Source of the DNA: an uncultured Erysipelotrichaceae bacterium
Lineage (GTDB): Bacteria > Bacillota_I > Bacilli_A > Erysipelotrichales > Erysipelotrichaceae
DNA length: 32,000 bases
Reading direction: 5' to 3'
NCBI GenBank assembly: GCA_942493105.1
Contig: OW818668.1
Coordinates: 630,001-662,000, forward strand
Shown: positions 17,173 to 27,686 of the stretch, one piece after another
How positions within the stretch are numbered: the stretch's first letter is position 1
Layout of the letters: every line of letters begins with the position of its first letter
The notes under the pieces: generated by a model
The model's input: only the letters and a program-made list of their open reading frames with translations
The model's database searches: none
Told to the model about the DNA's origin: nothing
Made by a program: the position numbers and the translations under genes

Positions 17173-17997
17173 TTGGAGTCGGTAACGCTGCCTGTAAATC
17201 TCATAAACATCATAAATATTACGCTTATTACCTTGATTATTGTGTTGGGTTTGATTGGCTATTTAAAGGGTTTCATATCTCAAGTCTATGATCTTTTAGT
17301 CTTTGGATTAGGGCTGCTTATTGGGTGGGCAATTTCACCAGCCTTAGCGAAAGCTATTTCTTTAACACCTTCGTCGATTAATTTTGATGATGTCCCGTTT
17401 TTTGGAGGGATTTTAGTGACCTTGATCGATCAAATCTTATGGACCATCATCGTTGTCTTGGTTATGATGATCATTGGAACTATTTTTAAAGGTTTATTGA
17501 TTAAAAAAGTATTTAGATACAAGAAAAAAGTTCTTGCAGATCGTATTGGTGGAGCTGTCTTCTCGATCGTTCCGGTTTTATTTATCGCTTTGATGTTGGC
17601 ATTGACTTTAAGCATCCCTGTATTCTCTAATGGAACAACGCTTTTGAAGGCCACTGTCGCTGCTCCTTTGGCTCCGATTGCCTCTGATCTCATCTCTGGA
17701 TTCATTGAAGATAATCCTGCGATTAAGCTTGTAGATAAGATCAGTGAGGGTGAACCTTTAGAAGAAAGTGACTTTGAAGTCATTGAAGATACCCTCAAAG
17801 ATATGGGCTTTCCTGAAGATGTTACCGAAGTAGCATTAAAATTTGTCAAGAAAGAAAAAGTATCTAAAGCAGATATTGAAGTCTTAAAAAACTACGCTGA
17901 AGAGAACGATATCACTCCTCAACAAGTAGAATCTTGGATGAAGGATTTAGGCTTCTCAGACGCACAAATCAAAGCTTTGATGGATCAATACAAATAA
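17173..17997 (+). CDS. CvpA-like integral membrane protein with a cytoplasmic C-terminal tail carrying two helical repeats
   Basis: TTG start, with AAGGGGG 7 nt upstream. It has four to five TM segments with a CvpA-like N-terminus (GLIGYLKGF). The acidic tail carries two LKDMGF.../MKDLGF... repeats. The family assignment is tentative. Confidence 0.5.
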   Translation: MESVTLPVNLINIINITLITLIIVLGLIGYLKGFISQVYDLLVFGLGLLIGWAISPALAKAISLTPSSINFDDVPFFGGILVTLIDQILWTIIVVLVMMIIGTIFKGLLIKKVFRYKKKVLADRIGGAVFSIVPVLFIALMLALTLSIPVFSNGTTLLKATVAAPLAPIASDLISGFIEDNPAIKLVDKISEGEPLEESDFEVIEDTLKDMGFPEDVTEVALKFVKKEKVSKADIEVLKNYAEENDITPQQVESWMKDLGFSDAQIKALMDQYK

Positions 17998-18024
17998 GTG
18001 AAAAACAGCGATTTAAAGCCCTCT

Positions 18025-18050
18025 ACACCCTGTCAAAAAGGGTGTTTTTA
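18025..18050 (+). terminator. Rho-independent terminator after the CvpA-like gene
   Basis: ACACCCT (18025-31) pairs with AGGGTGT (18039-45), followed by a T-run. Confidence 0.75.
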
Positions 18051-18059
18051 TGGTATAAT
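18051..18059 (+). promoter_or_regulatory. Extended -10 promoter (TGGTATAAT) for yaaA-recF-gyrB-gyrA
   Basis: TGnTATAAT lies at 18051-18059, 34 nt upstream of the yaaA ATG. Confidence 0.65.
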
Positions 18060-18092
18060 TAAACAGGAGTATTCTGAAAGAAGGAAGGCTTT

Positions 18093-18292
18093 ATGATCAA
18101 ACTTACCAGTCCTTATATTACCCTTGGACAACTGTTAAAATTGACGGATTGGATTGCTTCTGGCGGAGAAGCCAAGAGCGCTGTCAAGACCTTAAAGATC
18201 TTGATCAATGGCCTGCCTGACGATCGCAGAGGCCGTAAGATCTATCCTGGTGACACGGTCATCATCGAAGATAAAACGTACTCTATCGGTCA

Positions 18293-18296
<4 letters not shown>
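18093..18296 (+). CDS. yaaA: S4-like RNA-binding protein YaaA/RlbA
   Basis: 67 aa. ITLGQLLKL...SGGEAK...NRRGRKIYPGD matches B. subtilis YaaA as I recall it. It has the conserved position just upstream of recF. GAAGGAAGG RBS. Confidence 0.88.
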
Positions 18297-21299
<3,003 letters not shown>

Positions 21300-21308
21300 G
21301 AGGAACCC

Positions 21309-23750
21309 ATGACACAACACGATAAAATCAGACAAGTCAACATTTCCTCTGAAATGAAGACCTCATTCTTAGATTATGCCATGAGCGTTATTGTAGCCAG
21401 AGCTTTACCAGATGTTAGAGACGGCTTAAAACCTGTTCATAGACGTATTTTATATGCGATGAATGATTTAGGCATCACATCTGAACAGCCACATAAGAAA
21501 TCAGCCCGTATCGCTGGGGAAGTCATTGGTAAATACCATCCTCATGGAGAAGGTTCGGTCTATGATGCGATGGTTCGTATGGCTCAAGATTTTTCTTATC
21601 GGTATATGTTGATCGATGGTCATGGAAACTTTGGGAATATTGACGGAGATTCTGCAGCGGCCATGCGTTATACCGAAGCTAGAATGTCTAAAATTGCCAT
21701 GGAAATGGTACGTGATATTAAAAAAGATACCATTGACTATGTAGATAACTATGATGGGGAAGAAAAAGAACCCTTGGTCATGCCGTCTCGTTTTCCTAAC
21801 TTGTTGGTCAATGGATCAACAGGGATCGCGGTTGGGATGGCCACCAATATTCCACCTCATAATTTAGGAGAAGTTATCGACGCAACCATTGCGATCATGG
21901 ATAATCCTGACATCACCATTATGGAACTACTTGAAAACTATATAACTGGACCTGATTTTCCTACAGGAGCCCTTATTTTAGGTCGTTCAGGCATTAAACA
22001 AGCCTATGAAACAGGCAGAGGATCGATCCTTGTCAGATCTCGCGTAGAGACTGAAGAAATGTCCAATGGGAAGCATCAGTTGATCGTTACAGAGATCCCA
22101 TATCAGGTCAACAAATCAGAACTTATCAAAAAAATAGCTGTCTTGGCAACCGATAAAGAGATAGAAGGGATCACAGATCTAAGAGATGAATCTTCTGAAC
22201 GAGGCGGCATCAGAATCGTTATTGAACTTAAAAAAGATGTTCAAAGCGAGGTTGTTTTGAATCAATTGTATCGAATGACGGCCTTACAGACCTCTTTTGG
22301 GGTCAATATGTTGGCTTTGGTCAATAATAATCCAAAACAGTTGAGCTTAAAAGAGATCCTTCAGCACTATATCGACCACCAAGAAGTGGTCATTCGCAGA
22401 CGTACACAGTATGATTTGACCAAAGCTAAGGAAAGAGCCCATATTTTAGAAGGATTACGTATTGCCTTAGACAATATCGATCGCATTATTACCTTGATTC
22501 GATCCTCTTCTAACGATGATGAAGCCATGAATGGATTAATGAGTGAGTTTTCTTTGACCGAGATTCAGGCAAAAGCCATTCTTGAGATGCGTTTACGTCG
22601 TTTGGTTGGCTTAGAAAGAACCAAAATCGAAGATGAATACCAAGCTTTGGTATTGGCGATTGCGGATTTCTTAGATATTTTATCCAATCAAACAAGACTG
22701 ATTGGTATCATCAGGACTGAATTAACCGAAATCAAAGATCGTTTCAATGATAAACGTCGATCCGAGATCATAGAAGCAGATACTGACATTGAGGATGAAG
22801 ATTTGATTCCTCGTGAAGACATTATTATGACAATGACGGTCAATGGCTACATCAAACGTACCCCAGTGGATACCTATCGCACACAAAATCGCGGAGGAAA
22901 AGGCATAAAAGGAATGACAGTTAATGAAGAAGATGTGGTCGATCAGTTCTTGACCATGTCGACTCATGATCAGTTGATGCTATTTACCAATTTTGGTAAG
23001 GTTTATCGCATCAAAGGTTATCGTGTTCCTTCAGCCAGTCGAATTGCGAAAGGATTACCTGTTCAAAATCTCTTGAATTTGGATAAAAATGAAAAAGTTA
23101 GAGCTTTAGTGGCACTTACACCTGAACATGACGGAAGATATTTGTTCTTTGTCACCAGAAAAGGTTTAGTTAAACGTGTTGCGGCCGAGGAATTTGATTC
23201 AATCAGACAATCCGGTAAGATTGCGATAGGTTTGAATGAAGACGATGAACTGATTGCAGTCAAAGCAACCAGCGGAAATGACGAAATCATCATTGCTGGA
23301 ACCAATGGAAAAGCAGTCCGCTTCAGTGAAGACGATGTTCGCCCAATGGGAAGAAATGCAGCCGGAGTCAAAGGTTTTAATGCAGATGGCAGTGATGTTG
23401 TAGGAATGGCTACAGATAAAGAAGGCCAATATATCCTATCTGTCACCCAAAACGGTTATGGAAAGAAAACACTTTTAACAGATTATCGATTGACCAACCG
23501 TGGGGCCAAAGGGGTCAAAACCATAAATATTACGGATAAGAATGGACCCTTGGTTGTTGTAAAAGCAGTGGCAGGTGACGAAGATCTGTTAATGGTAACA
23601 GATACTGGAACCATCATACGTATCTCACTTGAAAACGTCGGTGTTTATGGACGTGATACTCAAGGTGTTCGAATGATCAGTGTCAATGAAGGCAGTTCCT
23701 TATCCATGGCAGCAGTTATTGAAAAAGAAAGCATTGAAGACGGTGAATAA
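21309..23750 (+). CDS. gyrA: DNA gyrase subunit A
   Basis: 813 aa. A QRDR-type region ([20 protein letters not shown]), the active-site AAMRYTE and C-terminal beta-pinwheel repeats. AGGAGG RBS. Confidence 0.98.
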   Translation: MTQHDKIRQVNISSEMKTSFLDYAMSVIVARALPDVRDGLKPVHRRILYAMNDLGITSEQPHKKSARIAGEVIGKYHPHGEGSVYDAMVRMAQDFSYRYMLIDGHGNFGNIDGDSAAAMRYTEARMSKIAMEMVRDIKKDTIDYVDNYDGEEKEPLVMPSRFPNLLVNGSTGIAVGMATNIPPHNLGEVIDATIAIMDNPDITIMELLENYITGPDFPTGALILGRSGIKQAYETGRGSILVRSRVETEEMSNGKHQLIVTEIPYQVNKSELIKKIAVLATDKEIEGITDLRDESSERGGIRIVIELKKDVQSEVVLNQLYRMTALQTSFGVNMLALVNNNPKQLSLKEILQHYIDHQEVVIRRRTQYDLTKAKERAHILEGLRIALDNIDRIITLIRSSSNDDEAMNGLMSEFSLTEIQAKAILEMRLRRLVGLERTKIEDEYQALVLAIADFLDILSNQTRLIGIIRTELTEIKDRFNDKRRSEIIEADTDIEDEDLIPREDIIMTMTVNGYIKRTPVDTYRTQNRGGKGIKGMTVNEEDVVDQFLTMSTHDQLMLFTNFGKVYRIKGYRVPSASRIAKGLPVQNLLNLDKNEKVRALVALTPEHDGRYLFFVTRKGLVKRVAAEEFDSIRQSGKIAIGLNEDDELIAVKATSGNDEIIIAGTNGKAVRFSEDDVRPMGRNAAGVKGFNADGSDVVGMATDKEGQYILSVTQNGYGKKTLLTDYRLTNRGAKGVKTINITDKNGPLVVVKAVAGDEDLLMVTDTGTIIRISLENVGVYGRDTQGVRMISVNEGSSLSMAAVIEKESIEDGE

Positions 23751-23765
23751 CCGTCTTTTCTTTTG
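23738..23765 (+). terminator. Rho-independent terminator overlapping the gyrA stop
   Basis: AGACGG (23738-43) pairs with CCGTCT (23751-56), followed by TTTTCTTTT. Confidence 0.7.
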
Positions 23766-23796
23766 CTATTTCATGTTTATGTTGTAAGATAGATTT

Positions 23797-25383
23797 ATGT
23801 TCAATCTTCATTTACAAACCTTTTTAATTGTCGTCGAAATTTTAACGGTTGTTTATCTTATAACCACACTTTTTATCTATGTTGTTCGTCGACATCGCAT
23901 TCATCTTCTTTTTGCTTATGCTTTGTTGTGTTCTCTTTTAGCGATTGTTTTAATACATTTTTCGCTTGATGGGCCAACGACCTTGGTGATCGTTATGTAT
24001 AATGTATTGATTCAATCTACCATGATGCTGCTTATTACTGGATATAGGTCGTATTATCAAAAAAATTCCTTTTCATATCGATATTTGCTTTATATTTTGG
24101 TAAATGGTTTACTGATTTGGATGTTTACTGAACCTTTCCATTCTTATACTGGGCGTGTTTGTGTGAGCATTTTGACTTTGATTCTTTTTATTGCAGACGG
24201 GGTATTTGAAACTCTGAAAAATATCAAAAATGAAATAAAACCGCTTAGGTATTCCGTTTTGGCAGTTATGTTGGTTCTGATTTTTGGATTTTCTGTTAGA
24301 TTGATTACCACCATCATCACTAATCCACAGTTGGATCTGATGGAAAGTATGGCCTCCACAGCTTATTTTGGCGGTTTTGTCGTCATTATTGTGTTTAGCT
24401 TTTGGATTTCCTGTTCTTTGTTGCTAGAAACCAATTCATCGATGACGATGTTGAAATCGAAATCTCAAACAATGGAAGAATTGGCTATGCTTGATCCGTT
24501 AACCAAACTCAGCAATCGGAATCGTTTAGAAACAGATATGCAATATTATATCGAAGTTGGTAATCGTACGGGAATAGATACGTCGTTATTGATGATCGAC
24601 CTTGATCACTTTAAAGAAATCAATGATGTCTATGGGCATGATGTTGGGGACAAGGTTCTAACTTCGGCCGCAGAAGTTATAACGAGTCTTTTACGTTCGG
24701 ATGACCGAGTGTATCGTTGGGGTGGAGATGAATTTTTGATTTTGGCATCCCATACAGATTTGTCTGGGGCGTCACATTTGGCACAACGCATTATCGATCA
24801 GTTGACTAAAGTGAATTTCATAGAAAATAAAACAATGACAGCCAGTATCGGCTGTGCGCAGCATTTTCGTAATGAAAACAAGGAAGACTGGTTTAAACGT
24901 GTTGATTTAGCACTATATAAAGCCAAACAAGCTGGCCGAAATAGATTTGAAGCTTGGCCAAATACGGAAAAATTACCGCTTACCATCACTCGCTTAGTAT
25001 GGAACGATTCACTCAATAGCGGTATAGATAACTTAGACTTCCAACACAAAGCATTACTAAATCTTAGTAATGAATTGTATGAACGATTGATATCGTCCGA
25101 TTCTGTAGCAAATCTTGATTATATTTTGGATCAAGTTCTTGTTGAACTTCGAGAACATTTCATTTATGAATCAAGGCTGATGAAGGAGAAGGATTATCCT
25201 GCCGCTGATAATCACGCAAAAATTCATAACAAGTTATTAAACGATTATGATCAGTTGCGTTTACATTTGAAAACAGGGGAAACCAATCTCAGCTCATTTT
25301 TTAATTTTATCACTGTGAAAATTATAGCCGAACATATCACAAAAGAAGATACTAAGTTTTTTGAGTTCTACAAAACACTTTGA
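23797..25383 (+). CDS. Multi-pass membrane diguanylate cyclase (GGDEF) with a C-terminal hemerythrin-like domain
   Basis: The N-terminal 200 aa or so hold about 7 TM segments. The GGDEF domain has an intact GGDEF motif (nt 24721-24735) and an RSDD I-site 5 residues upstream. The C-terminal 130 aa or so carry hemerythrin ligand motifs: FQH, HFIYE (HxxxE), HAKIH (HxxxH) and HITKED (HxxxxD). Confidence 0.85.
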   Translation: MFNLHLQTFLIVVEILTVVYLITTLFIYVVRRHRIHLLFAYALLCSLLAIVLIHFSLDGPTTLVIVMYNVLIQSTMMLLITGYRSYYQKNSFSYRYLLYILVNGLLIWMFTEPFHSYTGRVCVSILTLILFIADGVFETLKNIKNEIKPLRYSVLAVMLVLIFGFSVRLITTIITNPQLDLMESMASTAYFGGFVVIIVFSFWISCSLLLETNSSMTMLKSKSQTMEELAMLDPLTKLSNRNRLETDMQYYIEVGNRTGIDTSLLMIDLDHFKEINDVYGHDVGDKVLTSAAEVITSLLRSDDRVYRWGGDEFLILASHTDLSGASHLAQRIIDQLTKVNFIENKTMTASIGCAQHFRNENKEDWFKRVDLALYKAKQAGRNRFEAWPNTEKLPLTITRLVWNDSLNSGIDNLDFQHKALLNLSNELYERLISSDSVANLDYILDQVLVELREHFIYESRLMKEKDYPAADNHAKIHNKLLNDYDQLRLHLKTGETNLSSFFNFITVKIIAEHITKEDTKFFEFYKTL

Positions 25384-25390
25384 GCTTGAC

Positions 25391-25419
25391 TTGACAGGTT
25401 CACTTAGGCTCTCTACAAT
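25391..25419 (+). promoter_or_regulatory. serS leader promoter
   Basis: TTGACA (25391-96), a 17-nt spacer, then TACAAT (25414-19). Confidence 0.75.
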
Positions 25420-25425
25420 GTAGTC

Positions 25426-25630
25426 ATAAACAAACAGGGGAATTAAAAGGCGTGTTTTTAGTAGAGAAATACCGTTTTGGTGAAAGGTATAAAGGCATCC
25501 TTATTTCCACCCCTGAGTGAAACTAATCCTTTCCGGGCAAGACCGTTATCTCTATCGAGTGGAATGTTTCACGTGAAACATTCAACAAGGGTGGCAACAC
25601 GATCTTCGTCCCTTATAGGACTTTTTTTAT
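25426..25630 (+). promoter_or_regulatory. T-box leader (tRNA-Ser responsive) upstream of serS
   Basis: The Stem I base pairs CAGGGG 25435-40 with CCCCTG 25510-15. AGAGA and GGTGAAAG motifs are present. The candidate specifier is UCC (Ser) at 25506-08, followed by A. The T-box core GGGTGGCAAC lies at 25589-98; its UGGC would pair with a GCCA tRNA end. A T7 run lies at 25622-28. The terminator helix itself is weak. Confidence 0.8.
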
Positions 25631-25647
25631 TTTAAGGAGGAAAAACG

Positions 25648-26934
25648 ATGCTCGACATCAATGTAGTGCGTAAGAATCCCGATTTGGTCAAAGAAAACAT
25701 GCGTAAGAAGTTCCAAGACCACAAGTTAAACCTCGTCGATGAAGTAGTTTCTTTAGACTCAACTTATCGTCAAACCAAAACCAAAGCTGATGATTTGCGT
25801 GCTCAACGCAACAGTCTCAGCAAAAAAATTGGGATGTTGATTGGACAAGGCAAAAAAGAAGAGGCTGAGCTGACCAAAGTTCAAGTTTCCGTGATGGCTC
25901 AAGAATTAGCTGATTTAGAGGCTAGTGAAGAACCTTTACTTGATCAAATCAAACAAAGGATGATGCAGATTCCGAATTTGATCGATCCAAGTGTTCCTCT
26001 GGGTAAAGATGACAGTGAGAATGTTGAGCGATATCGAGTTGGAGAGGCAACAGTTAAACCTTTTGACGTCCCTTACCATATCGACATTATGGAAAGTTTG
26101 GCTGGAGTAGATTTAGATGCAGCTCGAAAAGTCAGTGGGAACGGTTTTTATTACCTTATGGGAGATGTAGCACGCTTACACTCTGCAATTTTAAGTTTTG
26201 CCCGTGATTTTATGATTGATAAAGGGTTTACTTATGTCATTCCTCCCTTTATGATACGTTCTGATGTTGTCACAGGAGTTATGAGTTTTTCCGAAATGGA
26301 AAACATGATGTATAAAATTGAAGGCGAAGATCTTTATTTGATCGGTACCAGCGAACATTCGATGATTGGTAAATTTATCGACACGATTCTTGAAGAAGAA
26401 CAATTGCCGTATACATACACTTCTTACTCTCCTTGTTTTAGAAAAGAAGTAGGAGCTCACGGGATTGAAGAACGTGGTGTCTATCGCATCCATCAATTTG
26501 AAAAACAAGAGATGATCGTAGTGTGTAAACCCGAAGACAGCCCTAAATGGTTTGAATTTTTGTATAAGACGACGGTTGAGTTTTTCCGCAGTCTCGATAT
26601 CCCTGTGCGAGTATTGGAATGCTGTTCAGGAGACTTGGCTGATTTAAAGAGCAAATCGGTCGATGTTGAAGCCTGGAGCCCGCGTCAACAGAAATATTTC
26701 GAAGTTGGAAGCTGCTCAAACTTAACAGATGCTCAAGCACGCAGACTTCAGATCAGAGTAGCTGGTAAAGAAGGTAAATATTTCGCCCATACACTCAACA
26801 ATACTGTTGTGGCACCTCCACGCATGTTGATTGCATTCTTTGAAAACAATTTAAACGAAGATGGTTCGATCTCTATTCCTGAGCCACTTAGACCCTATAT
26901 GGGCCAAAAAACTGTATTGATCCCTAAAAAATAG
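25648..26934 (+). CDS. serS: Seryl-tRNA synthetase
   Basis: 428 aa. An N-terminal coiled-coil tRNA-binding arm and a class II core (FRKE, GVYRIHQFEKQE, TLNNT). AAGGAGG RBS. Confidence 0.97.
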   Translation: MLDINVVRKNPDLVKENMRKKFQDHKLNLVDEVVSLDSTYRQTKTKADDLRAQRNSLSKKIGMLIGQGKKEEAELTKVQVSVMAQELADLEASEEPLLDQIKQRMMQIPNLIDPSVPLGKDDSENVERYRVGEATVKPFDVPYHIDIMESLAGVDLDAARKVSGNGFYYLMGDVARLHSAILSFARDFMIDKGFTYVIPPFMIRSDVVTGVMSFSEMENMMYKIEGEDLYLIGTSEHSMIGKFIDTILEEEQLPYTYTSYSPCFRKEVGAHGIEERGVYRIHQFEKQEMIVVCKPEDSPKWFEFLYKTTVEFFRSLDIPVRVLECCSGDLADLKSKSVDVEAWSPRQQKYFEVGSCSNLTDAQARRLQIRVAGKEGKYFAHTLNNTVVAPPRMLIAFFENNLNEDGSISIPEPLRPYMGQKTVLIPKK

Positions 26935-27044
26935 TTTCACGTGAAACAATTCAGAGTATTTAAACAGATAAGCTCCTAAAATCAACTGGAATCAAACTAT
27001 TCGTGGATTTCTTAAGTTTCATAAGTACACATCTAATAATGCAT

Positions 27045-27073
27045 TTGAATTCGTCCACCAAATTAAGTATAAT
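27045..27073 (+). promoter_or_regulatory. Promoter of the SRP RNA gene
   Basis: TTGAAT (27045-50), a 17-nt spacer, then TATAAT (27068-73). The predicted transcription start is near 27080. Confidence 0.75.
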
Positions 27074-27079
27074 TAACAT

Positions 27080-27160
27080 GCTGCCACAATGGAATCCTTC
27101 GAACCAGGTCAGGGTCGGAAGACAGCAGCCTTAAGAGGCTCTTTCATGTGTGGCAGCCTT
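27080..27160 (+). ncRNA. ffs: Small (4.5S-type) signal recognition particle RNA
   Basis: The terminal helix pairs GCTGCCACA (27080-88) with TGTGGCAGC (27149-57). The conserved domain IV core AACCAGGTCAGGGTCGGAAGACAGCAGCC contains a GGAA tetraloop. No Alu-domain sequence is present. Confidence 0.85.
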
Positions 27161-27168
27161 TTATTTAA

Positions 27169-27627
27169 ATGAACAAACACGAAAAATACATGAGATTAGC
27201 CCTTGTTGAAGCACTAAAGGCTCAAACTAAACAAGAAGTTCCAGTTGGAGCTGTCATCATTAAAGATGATAAGGTTATTGCGCGCGCTCACAATCAACGA
27301 GAAAAGACACAAATCGCAACTGCCCATGCTGAACTTTTAGCGATTGAAAAAGCATGTGCGAAGTTGAAGTCGTGGCGTTTGGATCGATGCGTTCTTTATG
27401 TAACACTAGAACCGTGTGCCATGTGTACAGGGGCGACAATACTCTCTAGAGTGGATGGCATTGTTTATGGGGCGACTGATCCTAAAGGTGGATGTATGGG
27501 AACGGTCATGGATTTGACTCAAATCAAAGCTTTTAATCACCAACCGTGGGTTATTTCGGGGATCTTGAAAGAAGAATGCGGACAACTCCTGACAAGCTTC
27601 TTTAAAAACAAGAGAAAACAAGGATGA
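27169..27627 (+). CDS. tadA: tRNA-specific adenosine-34 deaminase
   Basis: 152 aa. CDA zinc motifs HAE and PCAMC. There is no obvious RBS. The ATG at 27190 is an alternative start. Confidence 0.9.
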   Translation: MNKHEKYMRLALVEALKAQTKQEVPVGAVIIKDDKVIARAHNQREKTQIATAHAELLAIEKACAKLKSWRLDRCVLYVTLEPCAMCTGATILSRVDGIVYGATDPKGGCMGTVMDLTQIKAFNHQPWVISGILKEECGQLLTSFFKNKRKQG

Positions 27628-27651
27628 GACCTATAAAACAGAGTGCCATTT

Positions 27652-27660
27652 TGGTATAAT
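27652..27660 (+). promoter_or_regulatory. Extended -10 promoter (TGGTATAAT) upstream of dnaX
   Basis: TGnTATAAT lies at 27652-27660, 27 nt before the dnaX ATG. AAGAGG RBS. Confidence 0.6.
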
Positions 27661-27686
27661 AGGAATACAGAAACTTAAGAGGTTTT

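Noticed and set aside
17430-17849. A 139-aa antisense ORF inside the CvpA-like gene. Similar antisense ORFs lie in gyrA (22510-23446), dnaX (27810-28082, 28751-29077), fhs (30057-31148), dnaA (15071-15390), serS (26191-26740) and the GGDEF gene (24144-25049).
   Set aside because: All lie opposite strongly supported genes and lack start signals. Their Ser/Leu-rich composition is typical of antisense frames in AT-rich DNA.
25562-25583. The CACGTG-centred palindrome as a cre (CcpA) or Rex operator.
   Set aside because: It does not fit TGWNANCGNTNWCA when centred on the CG. The half-sites are in the opposite orientation to the Rex consensus TGTGAA-N-TTCACA. It is kept only as an unexplained repeat in the findings.
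25600-25630. A canonical strong terminator helix for the serS T-box.
   Set aside because: Before the T7 run I could find only a 4-bp GTCC/GGAC stem by eye. I therefore annotate the leader as a T-box on its conserved motifs and do not claim a defined terminator/antiterminator pair.
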